This document shows, piece by piece, positions 12,901-24,470 of a stretch of DNA of 64,000 nucleotides. A program made the position numbers and the translations under genes. The notes beneath the pieces were generated by a model. That model ran no database searches and had not been told where the DNA came from. It saw only the letters and a list, made by a program, of their open reading frames with translations. How positions within the stretch are numbered: position 1 is the first letter of the stretch; each line of letters starts with the position of its first letter. The DNA comes from Octopus sinensis (lineage: Eukaryota): assembly GCF_006345805.1 (NCBI RefSeq), contig NC_042999.1, positions 10,726,001 to 10,790,000 on the forward strand. Direction: 5' to 3'.

Positions 12901-14042
12901 AAAATTACGCTTTAACTGTAATCCGAGTAGATTATTAGAGCAGAATTCCATTGGATTTAGAAAGTAACACTTTCACCTTCAACTGAATACCAACACAGGA
13001 AGCTTGTTTGAATCAGTTCATTTTTATAACGTTGTAAGTGATGGACACTTGATGAAATTGCAGTGATTAAGATGCATAATTGCATACAGAGCAATGTGCA
13101 GTTGGTGCAGTAGAAACATATGTTGGTCGTTTTTATATATAGGCTGTAGAGAACTTTTTAATAAAAAAAAATTTTGGATGTGAATAAATTTCCACTCTCC
13201 TTTTGGTTATCAATTATATATGTATGTATGTATGTATGTATATATGATATGTTATAAACTGTGTGTTCAAGGTGGGGCATACCTTTTTAGGGAAGGGGAA
13301 ACATTGTTCTAAAAATTCTTATTTTACAATCAAAGAAGTTTTTCTGTTAATTCAAATTCTCAACTCAGACACTCATCCTCTTTCACACACTGAGCAGGAT
13401 ATCATATTCAATTATTAAATTCCCTATCTTTTATTTATTGGAAAAACTTTATTTTCGGTGAACATACTTCAGTACCATCCACAATAACATTTATTACATT
13501 CAAAGTGATTCTCACTGAGACAATAATTCCAGAAACCTCCCTTCACAGAAACACCTCTTAACCTATAAATCACTCAACATGGCACAACTTTCATACCTTA
13601 ATAGTCTTCTAAGATCCATTAACCTACATTTCTCACTTCTTTACAACCCAACACATGAAGTCATGAAACTATGTCGGAACATCCATGCTGGAAATCCTTC
13701 ATCAGGCTGAAAATAACAACTAAATCTCCCTTATTATTGTCTTCAACAAAGACTAAATAAGAAAATGTAAGCCTAGAGGCACCATGGTGGGATGGTCACA
13801 GCTGTAACCTTTTTGCTTTGCACAACTTTTCAATAATAGTTTTTGTTTTACTAATTTGCTAAAAATGTATGGCTTCTGGGCCTCTAAGTTCTAATTTATT
13901 CCTAAACATTTATGTCCATTGCAAATATAACTGCACTAATCTTGATTTGAACTTGTCACTGTGTTGCCCAACCCATGAATTAAAAACTGAGGCCAAATTT
14001 ATTATTTTCAAAGAATTTAATTCATTTTCTGAAAGCAACTCT

Positions 14043-14245
14043 ACTCTCTTTACTCTTTTACTTGTTTCAGTCAGTTGACTGCGGCCATGCTGGAGTACTG
14101 CCTTTAGTCGAGCAAATCGGCCCCGGGACTTATTCTTTGTAAGCCCAGTACTTATTCTATCAGTCTCTTTTGCCGAACCGCTAAGTGACGGGGACGTAAA
14201 GACACCAGCATCGGTTGTCAAGCAATGCTAGGGGGACAAACACAG

Positions 14246-14276
<31 letters not shown>

Positions 14277-14448
14277 CATATATACGACAGGCTTCTTTCA
14301 GTTTCCGTCTACCAAATCCACTCACAAGGCATTGGTCGGCCCGGGGCTATAGCAGAAGACACTTGCCCAAGATGCCACGCAGTGGGACTGAACCCGGAAC
14401 CATGTGGTTGGTTAGCAAGCTACTTACCACACAGCCACTCCTGCGCCT
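14043..14448 (-). mobile_element. Full-length tRNA-derived SINE 'family A' (resembles the octopus SINEs as recalled)
   Basis: A box TGGCTGTGTGG (14437-14427), B box GGTTCAGTCCC (14394-14384), CORE-like accttgggcaagtgtc, central (TA)/(TG) tract, (AAGAGTA)n tail. Other copies at 49701-50617 and 51810-52175, plus fragments. Confidence 0.85.
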
Positions 14449-14701
14449 ATAACTGTTGTAAATCATAGAAAAATAGAAGTGGCAACAGCTAAAATTCTAC
14501 TTGTTTAGAAAAATTTGGTCCATGGAAGGGAATATATAATAAAAGAGACTGAAAGTTGATATCAGAAAATAGAGACGTCAAACTCAAATATATGAAAACT
14601 GTACAGAAGGGCAAACAGGGAGCTCATTCAGCATCTACAAGAGAAAGATATTATAGGAATTGAAGTATAAGATTTTATAACGTTTTGGATTAGATTTGAT
14701 G

Positions 14702-14732
<31 letters not shown>

Positions 14733-15850
14733 CTTACAACTGATCCTGATCAGAGAATACATTCACGTAGTTGGATAATTGAAAGCAGAACTCGTAAGCC
14801 TTCAGATATAAACGAATGAAAGAGAACTGAAAGTGAACTGAACAACATGGAAAACATATGGCTACGTTTAGAGGTCAAAGCTTGAAGTGAATACGGGGCT
14901 AACGGGGCTAACGTTACATGGCTGTTGATATCTCAACTCAACAAGTATTAAGATAAAGAAAGAGAAACAAGGCAGAAGACGTGTATTCATGAAACATTAA
15001 TTCACTGATCTCACCTGTTCAATAACTGCCTAAACAACATATAGTGAAGCTGTCTAAAGGTTTACTACTTTCAAGGAATTTTTTCATCATTCTTTAGCTT
15101 TTCATCATAAAAAAATATGGTCTTGCTTGTTTGTTCTCCTCTGTTTCATTAGACTAAACAAACTTCCCAAAATATAATTTAGACTTAAAAATATTTCTTG
15201 ATATTTGTATAATCTAACAAAGTACATAATTGATTACCTCATCCAGCCAGTTCCCTATTTGCCAGTTTTTTTGTTTTGTTTTTTTTCAAAATTATTATTG
15301 TTTTTTCTTCCTGCTTTCCTATACAATGGTTGCATCATGCAAAAATACCAGTCTACTTTTATTTAATCCCTTTGATACCAACCCACCAGAGATTGCCTCT
15401 AGTTCTACTACACAAACTGACTGTTTTGAAATTATTTAAATAAAAATCTTCCGTCAAATTCATTATTTTAAAAATTGATTGCAACACAGACAATAAGTTT
15501 TAGCAGAAATATTTCCTCAACAAAAATCTTTGGAAAATTAAACTAATGAGTGAAATTTGTTTGACACCAATTGAATATATATGTAGTTTTTTATTATTAT
15601 TTTCAATTAGTGTTTTGAATTTGTTTTGAGTTTGGTGAATTTGTAGAATGTTTTTCTTTTTTTATATTAAGACTTTCAAATGCAACAAACCCCAAAATAT
15701 CTCAAGATTTATATATTGCTCATATTAATGATATCCTGAAAATTTTTGAATAGGAAAAAATTACATTAATAAACTTAGTAGCTAGAGAGCACTCAACTCT
15801 TACACTGTTAAATGGAAACCAATGTTTAGAAGTTAGAACTGTATACTGTT

Positions 15851-16570
15851 TTCATCATCATCGTTCAAAATGCACTTTCCATGCTGGCATGGGTTGGATG
15901 GTTTGACTGAGGACTAGCAAGCCAGAAGGCTGCACCACGCTCCAATCTCATTTGGAAAGGTTTCTACAGCTGAATGCCCTTTCTAACACGAACCACTCCA
16001 AGTATGTGCCACTGACACAGGAGCCAGACAGGCGGCACTGGCATCGACCACGTTCAGATGGCGCTTTTTACGTGCCACTAGCATGGGAGCCAGTCAGGGA
16101 GCACTGGCAATGACCACATTTGGATGGCACCTTTTACGTGCCACCGGCATGGGAACCAGTGGGGGGTACTGGCATTGACCACATTTGGATGGCATCTTTT
16201 ACGTGCCACCGGCATGGGAGCCAGTGGGGGTACTGACATTGACCACATTTGGATGGTGCCTTTTATGTGCCACCGGCATGGGAGCCAGTGGGGGAGCACT
16301 GGCATTGATCACATTCGGATGGTGCCTTTTATGTGCCACCGGCATGGCAGCCAGTGGGGGGTACTGGCATTGACCACATTCGGATGGTGCCTTTTATGTG
16401 CCACCGGCATGGGAGCCAGTGGGGTGTACTGGCATTGATCACATTTGGATGGTGCCTTTTATGTGCCACCGGCATGGCAGCCAGTGGGGGGTACTGGCAT
16501 TGACCACATTCGGATGGTGCCTTTTATGTGCCACCGGCATGGCAACCAGTGGGGTGCACTGGTATCAACC
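15851..16570 (-). mobile_element. RTE 3' tail insertion whose UTR module is expanded into a tandem array
   Basis: 15851-16020 is the reverse complement of the RTE tail (catcatcatcg...ccatgctggcatgggttgg...gaatgcccttctaac), directly followed by the 65-bp array. Confidence 0.85.
16030..16570 (-). repeat. 65-bp minisatellite, 8 full units plus a partial unit
   Basis: Unit tactggcattgaccacattcggatggtgccttttatgtgccaccggcatggcagccagtgggggg, recurring near 16037, 16103, 16168, 16232, 16297, 16363, 16427, 16492 and 16557. It explains the overlapping repetitive ORFs at 16078-16633. Confidence 0.95.
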
Positions 16571-17600
16571 GTCAATATTTTTTGTTTGCTTACAGCTGCA
16601 GTATCTTTAATGAGTCAAAGTTATCAAATTTAGTAATCCTTTGTCCAGAATTTGCCATCCTCATTGGATAAAATTAGAGTAAGCATTTTCCTGATACATT
16701 TTGTCCTTCATAAATTCTTGGGATTATATGTACATCTTTAAGTAATTCCAAGCAATTTTTATTTGATATTTGATTAATCCCTGATTACCAATCAATCACT
16801 AAATAAGACTACATGAAATGTCCAAGCCAATGAAATTAGCTGTCTTGAGGAAATCTTACACAATGGCTCTTATTGCTAAATTTATTCAGAGCCTTATATT
16901 TCAATTTTTCTAAAAAAAAACCCAAGTAAATCATATTGTCAACAATCCTTCTGCTATACTGCCACATTTCTGAGACACACAACCCTCAAAAGGAATAAAT
17001 TAACTAACATTCTATTAAAATAATCTTTTTGCCCCAAAGCAAAAAATGTAGTAAACCAAACCTCAAACAGGAAATAGTTATTATTATTATTATTATTATT
17101 ATTATTGCACATATAACAATTTCTCATTGTAACTTTAACTGAAAATCTTTTCTGTAAGGAATATTGGATTCTAATGCTTTCTGTTCCATAGATTCAAGAT
17201 GATTTCATTAGAGATGCTATAGTAATAATGTACTCTAGTGGCAATCAAGACTAGAATTTTTTGATTTCCAAGACGAAAAATGCATCACTTCTTTTAAACG
17301 GAGATCTCTTCTAAAGACACCCTTCAATGAGATACCAAGTTTCATTTAACGACATCTTGATGTAGTAACCACCCATATCAAGGAAACAACCAGACCACTA
17401 CACCTATCAAATTCTTGAGTAAACTATAAAAACTTTACAAATACCAGACCTGATAATCTCTGATATTATTTTTCAGTAACAACAAGTCAATAACTAAAAC
17501 GACATCCTAAAGTTTATTCTTTAAGGCCACAAACCTCAGGAATATAAATAGTTGTCGATCTTCTACAAAACACCAATGTCACTTATACTAGAGTACTGAA

Positions 17601-20600
17601 TGCATTGGAAGCTATGGTTATGGTTCCTGCAACAAGGAGGGAACCAAGCTGCTGGAGTTCTGCGATGCAAATGATCTTATGGTTTGCAACACTAACTTCA
17701 GGAAACCTACCAGCTACCTAGTCACCTACTGATCAGGCCGACATACTGGCCAAATTGACTACATCCTTGCCAGGAAAAGAGAAAGATGGCTGCTTATAAA
17801 TGCTAAAACCTTCCCAGGCGAAGAATGTACCCCACAACATAGACTGGTAGTTAGTGACTTTAGGATCAGGACTAAGAGGACGACCAACATGGAGAAGAAG
17901 GATCTGGAAACTTAAAGATCCTGCGAATGGACAGAGACTTAGGGACATATTACTTGAAGCCTTTGACAAAGTAGAAGGGGATAGAGCTTCACATGGGCTA
18001 GAAGACAACTGGACGTTTCTAAGGGACAACCTGCTGAGAGCCACTGACCAGATCTGTGGCTAGTGCAAAGTCCCCACTCGACCCAAAATAACATGGTGGT
18101 GGAACAATGCTGTAGACAGGGCTATTAGACAAAAGAAACAGGCTTGGAAGGACTGGAAGAACGGTAGTAGCAGGGAAGTGTATCAGACCGCCAAAAGGGA
18201 AGCTAGGAGACAGGTCTATTTAGCCAGAGGAGAAGCAGATAAGAAAAAAATTGCCAATGTTCTGCGCCGTGAGGACCAAAGACTTGAGTTGTTTTGTGTT
18301 GCAAGACAGAGTGTGAGAGAGAATTGTAATGTGGTAGGAGAGAAATGTGTTCGCATGGATGATGGTTCACTTGCGCTAAATGAGGATGCAAAGAGAGAGG
18401 TTTGGAGATGCCACTATGAAAGGTTGCTGAATAAAGAAAATGAACGGCATAAAGAGAGTCTGCCGAATGTTGACCCAACAGAGGGACCAGCTATCCGAGT
18501 TGACAGTTCCTTGATAGTTAAGGCAATTAGAAGCATGAAGACAGGGAAAGCCCCAGGCTCATCAGGAATCACTGCAGAGATGCTCAAAATATCTGGTAGT
18601 GTCGGCTATAGCCTAGTCACCCGTATAGTTAACCAGGTGATACACGAAGGAGTCATTCCCAATGACTGGTGTAGCAGCATAATAGTCAACTGCTACAAAG
18701 GTAAAGGTGACGCCCTAGATACAAATAATTACAGAGGTATCAAGCTGTTGGATCAGGTAGTGAAGGTTATGGAGAGGGTCATAGCCCAACTAATTAGAGA
18801 GAGAGTTAGTTTAGATGAGATGCAGTTTGGGTTTGTGCCAAGGAAAAGTACCACTGATGCTATATTCCTGGTAAGGCAGCTGTAGGAGAAATACCTAGCT
18901 AAAGATAAGCCCCTGTACCTGGCTTTTGTTGACATGGAGAAAGCCTTCGACAGGGTCCCCCGATCCCTTATCTGGTGGTCAATGAGGAAACTAGGGATAG
19001 ACGAATGGTTAGTGAGAGCTGTGTGAACCATGTACAGGGACGCCGCTTGTAGGGTGAGGGTTGGCAACGAGTACAGTGAAGAATTCCATGTAGAGGTAGG
19101 GGTCCACCAAGGCTCAGTCCTCAGCCCCCTCCTATTTATCATAGTCCTCCAGGCAATAACGGAGGAATTCAAGACAGGATGCCCCTTGGAGCTCCTCTAT
19201 GCTGATGATCTTGCTCTAATTGCTGAGTCACTATCAGAACTAAAGGAGAAGTTTCAGGTGTGGAAGCAAGGATTAGAATCGAAGGGCCTTAGAGTCAATC
19301 TAGCTAAAACCAAAGTCCTAATAAGTAGGAAGGTAGACAAATCTCAAACACCTTCAGGTAGATGGCCCTGCTCGATCTGTAGAAAAGGCGTAGGTAGAAA
19401 CTCTATAAGATGCACCAAGTGTAAGCTATGGACACATAAGAGGTGCAGCAATGTCAAAGGAAGGCTAACTAGGAATATAGTTTTTGTATGTGGCAGATGC
19501 TTAGGAGCAATAAACACTGAAAATGCTCTGAGACCAACTTCTGCCACATTCCAGGGAGAAAAACTAGAAATAGTTGATAGCTTCCATTATCTAGGTGACC
19601 AAGTCAGTAGCAGGGGTGGGTGTGCTGAAAGTGTAACTGCTAGAGTAAGAATAGCTTGGGCAAAGTTCAGAGAGCTTTTACCTCTGCTGGTGACAAAAGG
19701 TCTCTCGCTCAGAGTAAAAGGCAGACTGTATGACGCGTGTGTACGAACAGCCATGCTACATGGCAGTGAAACATGGGCCGTGACTGCTGAGGATATGTGT
19801 AAGCTCGCAAGAAATGAAGCCAGTATGCTCCGATGGATGTGTAATGTCAGTGTTCATACTTGACAGAGTGTAAGTACCTTGAGAGAAAAGCTGGACCTAA
19901 GAAGCATCAGTTGTGGTGTGCAAGAGAGACGTTTGCGCTGGTATGGTCATGTGGTGAGAATGGATGAAGATAGTTGCGTGAAAAAGTGCCACACCCTAGC
20001 GGTTGAGGGAACCTGTGGAAGAGGCAGACCAAGGAAAACCTGGGATGATGTGGTGAAGCACAACCTTCAAACTTTAGGTCTCACCAAGGAAATGACTGGA
20101 GACCGAGACCTTTGGAAGTATGCTGTGCATGAGAAGACCCTGCAGGACAAGTGAGACCATAACCCGTGGCCTTTTTCATGGGATGTAGCCAGTCCACTTA
20201 TGCATACCGTTCCTTCTTGGGACACAAAATTCTACTTGTGAAGACCTGTTGAGGCAAGTGAAAATCAAAATCGATCAACATCAATGGAAATTGCAGCTGT
20301 GATACCAGTGCCGGTGGCACGTAAGAGAACCATCCGAACGTGGCCGTTGCCAGTGCCGCCCCGACTGGCCTCGTGCCGGTGGCACATAAAAAGAACCGTC
20401 CGATCGTGGCCGTTTGCCAGCCTCCCCTGGCACCTGTGCCGGTGGAACGTAAAAAGCACCCACTACACTCACGGAGTGGTTGGCGTTATGAAGGGCATCC
20501 AGCCGTAGAAACATTGCCAGATCAGACTGGGCCTGGTGCAGCCTCCTGGCTTCCCAGACCCCAGTTGAAGCATCAAACCCATGCCAGCATGGAAAGCGGA

Positions 20601-20630
20601 TGCTAAACGATGATGATGATGATGATGATG
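17601..20630 (+). mobile_element. 5'-truncated RTE-clade non-LTR retrotransposon
   Basis: Contains the C-terminal part of the APE endonuclease, the RT, a ~470-nt 3'UTR and a (GAT)n tail at ~20609-20630. Confidence 0.95.
17604..20154 (+). pseudogene. RTE ORF2 (APE endonuclease C-terminus + reverse transcriptase with PHD-like insert), disrupted
   Basis: APE motifs EGTKLLEFCDANDLMVCNTNF, QIDYIL and QHRLVVSDF. RT motifs KAPG, NYRGIKLL, QFGF, DMEKAFDRV, GVHQGSVLSPLLF, LLYADDLAL, NLAKTKV and YLG. One frameshift near 17875 and in-frame stops at 17730, 18061, 18883, 19024 and 19861. Confidence 0.95.
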
Positions 20631-20739
20631 AAGCTGTTGTGTGTGCGGTACTTTGGGTAAGTGCCTTCTACAATAGCCTTGGAATGACCAATTCTTTGTG
20701 AGTGAATTTGCAAGATGGAAATTACAAGGAAGCCCATTG

Positions 20740-20777
<38 letters not shown>

Positions 20778-21113
20778 CCATTTCATTCACTTTAAAAAAA
20801 GTCCTCGTTCAACTGAATTGCAAATGTCCTCCCATCAACTTGTTGCTTGCTCATTGACATACTGTGGCCCCTCTCTAGTTTCTACCATTTCTACTACCCT
20901 TCCTGTGCCACCTCAAATGCATCTCCATCGATGTCATCATAACTGGTATTGCCATTGTTGTTGTCATCACAACACAGATGACAATGACAACAGTTATGAT
21001 GCTAGCAGTGATGACGAAGACACTGTTGGCAGTCCCAATGTCACTCCTACACATGACGAAGACAGTGATGACAATGACAATGATGAAGCTTCATCTATTA
21101 CAGTTCAATGAAA

Positions 21114-21330
21114 GGCAGCGAGCTGGCAGAATTGTTAGCATGCTGGGTGACATGATTAGCAGTATTTCGCCCATCACCCTGATCTGAGTTCAAATTCCGC
21201 CGAGGTCATTATTGCCTTTCATCCTTTCAGGGTTGATAAATTAAGAACCAGTGAAACATTGGGGTTAATGTAATTGACTAGGCCCCTCCCCACAAATTTC
21301 AGGCCTTGTGCCTATAGTAGAAAGGATTAT
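21114..21330 (+). mobile_element. Full-length tRNA-derived SINE 'family B'
   Basis: Head GGCAGCGAGCTGGCAGAATTGTTAGC, B box GAGTTCAAATTCC, central gcctttcatcctttcagggttgataaattaag, tail aggccttgtgcctatagtagaaaggattat. Other copies near 12440, 53100, 55600, 57410 (-) and 57590 (-). Confidence 0.85.
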
Positions 21331-23122
21331 AGTATAATGAAAACAGTTCTTGTGAATTTTCACACGAAACCTAAGTTCCTCAAAATATCTAATGCAACTG
21401 AATATTTTTATAAATGGCTTCAGTAGTTATTAAAGATATTTCTTCATGGGTTTTAAAATCAAGGAACAAAGCAAGCTTAAAGGTATAAAAATGCATAAAA
21501 ATACTTTATAAAACATTTGTGAAATATAAGCACATAAGGTTGTTTTCTTTTCAAAAAAAATTAACAATTTGATTTTGAAAAGAATTTCCTGATGAAATCA
21601 TTTTGCGTCGTATATTGAATAAATTTAATTAACTAATTATACATTAAATTTTAAAATGGAATAGTGTTATATATCAAAAAAATGAACAAACATGATTAAC
21701 ACACACACACGCACACAATGGGTGTATTTTAGTGCAGAGATTAGGTTCTACCTGGAAATAGAAAAATGAAAACATGTTTTTGAAGCATGAGCAGGAATAT
21801 GTTGTTATCAGATCCAGTTAAAATTTTCAAGGCAGCTAATCTAGCTTTATATGTAATTAAGCTTACAAATACTAAACTAACAAATCCTTCCCACTTAAAA
21901 GATATTTATTAAATTAAAACCAACATGAAAATAAGGAAACATGAAAAGAAAGTAAGGTCTGACTAACAGCAGCAAAAAGGAGTCGGAGTCAGCAGCAGCA
22001 CCATAATCATCATCATCTCCGCTATCACCACCACCATCATCATCATCTCTGCCATCATCATCATCGTTTAACATCCGCTTTCCATGCTAGCATGGGTTGG
22101 ACGATTTGACTGAGGACTGGTGAACCAGATGGCTGTACCAGGCTCCAATCTGATCTGGCAGAGTTTCTACGGCTGGATGCCCTTCCTAACGCCAACCACT
22201 CCGAGAGTGTAGCGGGTGCTTTTACGTGCCAGTCAGGTGGTACTGGCAACAGCCACGCTCATTTTACATAATTTATATGCCCATCTTGTCCCCTGCTATG
22301 GCTCTTTGACATCCACCAAATAAGGCATTGCAAATTTCCTACCTTTGTTATAATGTATGTCATGTTGGTAAGCATTCCTCTCCCATCCCACCCCTTTTTT
22401 TTTTTTGGCTTGTTTATGGCTGTGTGCCCCTTGCCCCTCCAAGGTATGGAAGTTACAGATATTCTAACTTTTACAAAAAAGTTTAAACTCGCCTATATCA
22501 TTAAAATTTTTCGTTATAGATCATCCTCACCATTTAATATCTGTATTCCAGGATCACACGGGGCTGGATAGCTTGACAGAACCCAACAGGTCAAGGGATT
22601 GTACTTGTGCTCTGATCGTCTATTTTGACAGTGTTTTTTCATGTCACTGGTACTAGTGAGGTTACCAAGTAGCTTGCAGGATAAGACTCCTTGATTGATG
22701 GGAACGTAGTATTGAGGGGGCTCAGTTCTTAGTCCCCTTCTGTTCCTCATAGACCTCCAGTTTAAAACCAGGTACACATGGGAACTTCTCTGTGCTGATA
22801 GTTTTGTTCTGTGTACATTACAAGTCTTGCAGCAAAAAAAAAAAAAGATTCTTGTTTGAAACGTATCAGCATAGTGAAGGAAATATTCTCATTTCATTTT
22901 CAATATTTTGTTAAGACTTTTGTCCTTGAAGATAGTGTTATTTTTCAAAAACAGAAGTAAAAATGTAACAAAACAAAAACCCAGTTAGAAACTATCATGA
23001 AAGAATGAGGGCAAGAATAGGGTTACCGATTATGAAGAAAGAGATGTGCTGAAATGGGAGAACAATATTCAGCTTGAAGTAGATGACGACAACAACGACA
23101 ACAACAACAGCAACAATAATAG

Positions 23123-23467
23123 CAGTGCAACCATTAGATCAGACATCAGAAACCTGACGTTGTTGCCGTGAACAAAAAAGGAAAAACTTGCATAACAGAG
23201 AGGGGGGGAGGTGAACAACCATGATGGTTTGAAGTGGGAAATATAAAGGTTGTGGGCAAAGAAGAGAGTGGACATGATAGCAATGGTAATTGGTAAGCTT
23301 GAAAGTATCAGCACTCAACTACCAACATGGTTCAAAAAAATTGGTACAAATGTAAAGATAGAACGCCTACAAAAATCAGAATTGCTTGGAACTGCAAGAG
23401 TTCTTCACAGGGTTCTTGAAGCATGACCAGTAAAATAAACTGAGAGTTTTCATCAAATAATAATAAT
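23123..23467 (+). mobile_element. 3' fragment of an R4/Dong-type (restriction-like endonuclease) non-LTR retrotransposon
   Basis: Translates as QCNH*IRHQKPDVVAVNKKGKTCI (RLE PD motif), then after an internal deletion RLWAKKRVDMIAMVIGKLESISTQLPTWFKKIGTNVKIERLQKSELLGTARVLHRVLEA* (stop 23424-23426). Short UTR ends in (TAA)n. Confidence 0.8.
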
Positions 23468-23574
23468 AATAATAGTTGTAGTAGTAGGAGCAGCAGTAGT
23501 AATAATTTCTTATAATTGCCACCAGGGTGAGGGATGAGGAGGATGATACAAAGTATATAACATGTGAGGATGAG

Positions 23575-23660
23575 TAATCCTGCGACGGACTGGCATCCCA
23601 TCCAGGTGGGGAATTTCTCCGCCACTGAAACCGGGAAACCAGCATGGCTCGAGAAGAAAC
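23575..23660 (+). mobile_element. SINE fragment (cctgcgacggactggcatcccatccagg motif)
   Basis: Resembles, from memory, the CCTGCGATGGACT(A/G)GCATCCCATCCAGG segment of widespread metazoan tRNA-SINEs. Single copy here. Confidence 0.45.
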
Positions 23661-24279
23661 TACATAGAATGATGAAGAAAAGAAAATGAAGTTGTCACCA
23701 GTGAAGCAGGTTGTTGTATAGATCAATGAATGGTAGCACAGACATTATGCAGATTAAGATTAAAATGTTCATCATAAATAAATGGTAATTTCACATCTTG
23801 GCACAGGGCCAGCTATTTCTGAGTGGGGGTGGGGGTGGGGGAGGAGTCAGTTACATCAGCCTCAATACTTCAGGGTGAAAGCAAAGTTGACCAAAATGTA
23901 AAGAGTTGAAACAAAGCATTTATCTGTATCCTTTAATATATTTGGTCAATTATCTAAACTAATCAAAAATTATGTTTATAGAGAAGCCACATGACTGAGC
24001 AAATACCAAACCAACCATTAGTGGGAGGAGCAATAAGCTTTACCAGCAGCAGTAATCTGGCACCGAGGAGGCAAAGACAACCAAACTATACAGAAGGATG
24101 CAGAATTTTGTTATATTTTTAATACTACTGTTGCTGCTGTTTTACAGAATATTTCTTGTCCTAAAAAGGGTACAATATATTGGTAATCCTGTTCAATTGT
24201 GAGGGCATACCTGGTTCAAATGCCCACAATATTCCTGGTAACTGGCAGTAAGAACAACAGGGTAATAGACCAGTTACTC

Positions 24280-24470
24280 TAGAATCTCTAAGCTATGGCA
24301 GTCTACGAAGGTACAAGAATCAGGGATGGGAGTTTCATGAGGTGGAGAGGTGGGTGAAGTCCACAGTGTGCGGGGGTAGGATGTGTGTGACACTAGGATA
24401 GACAAATGGGAAGATGAGAAGTACATTAAGAAGGAAAACTGACTTTGGTTGTGAACTGATTCATATCTTA
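24280..24470 (-). mobile_element. Decayed Penelope-like element RT C-terminal fragment
   Basis: Minus-strand peptides VHNQSQFSFLMYFSSSHLS and NSHP*FLYLRRLP resemble the PLE signature VHYKPT...YL.YSSSHP...NSIPYSQFLRLRRLC. Confidence 0.5.

Noticed and set aside
13660-13712. Minus-strand CTGATGAAGG...CCGACATAG, resembling a Penelope-type hammerhead
   Set aside because: GAAA is broken and no stem I can be formed. At most a very old relic.
14380-14448. tRNA-like A and B boxes here and at 21114, 48264 and 49701
   Set aside because: These are SINE heads without a complete cloverleaf or acceptor stem, not tRNA genes.
16030-16570. Regular array resembling a CRISPR locus or a repetitive protein gene
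   Set aside because: Units are contiguous with no unique spacers, there are no cas genes, the context is eukaryotic, and the unit is the RTE 3'UTR module. The ORFs are by-products.
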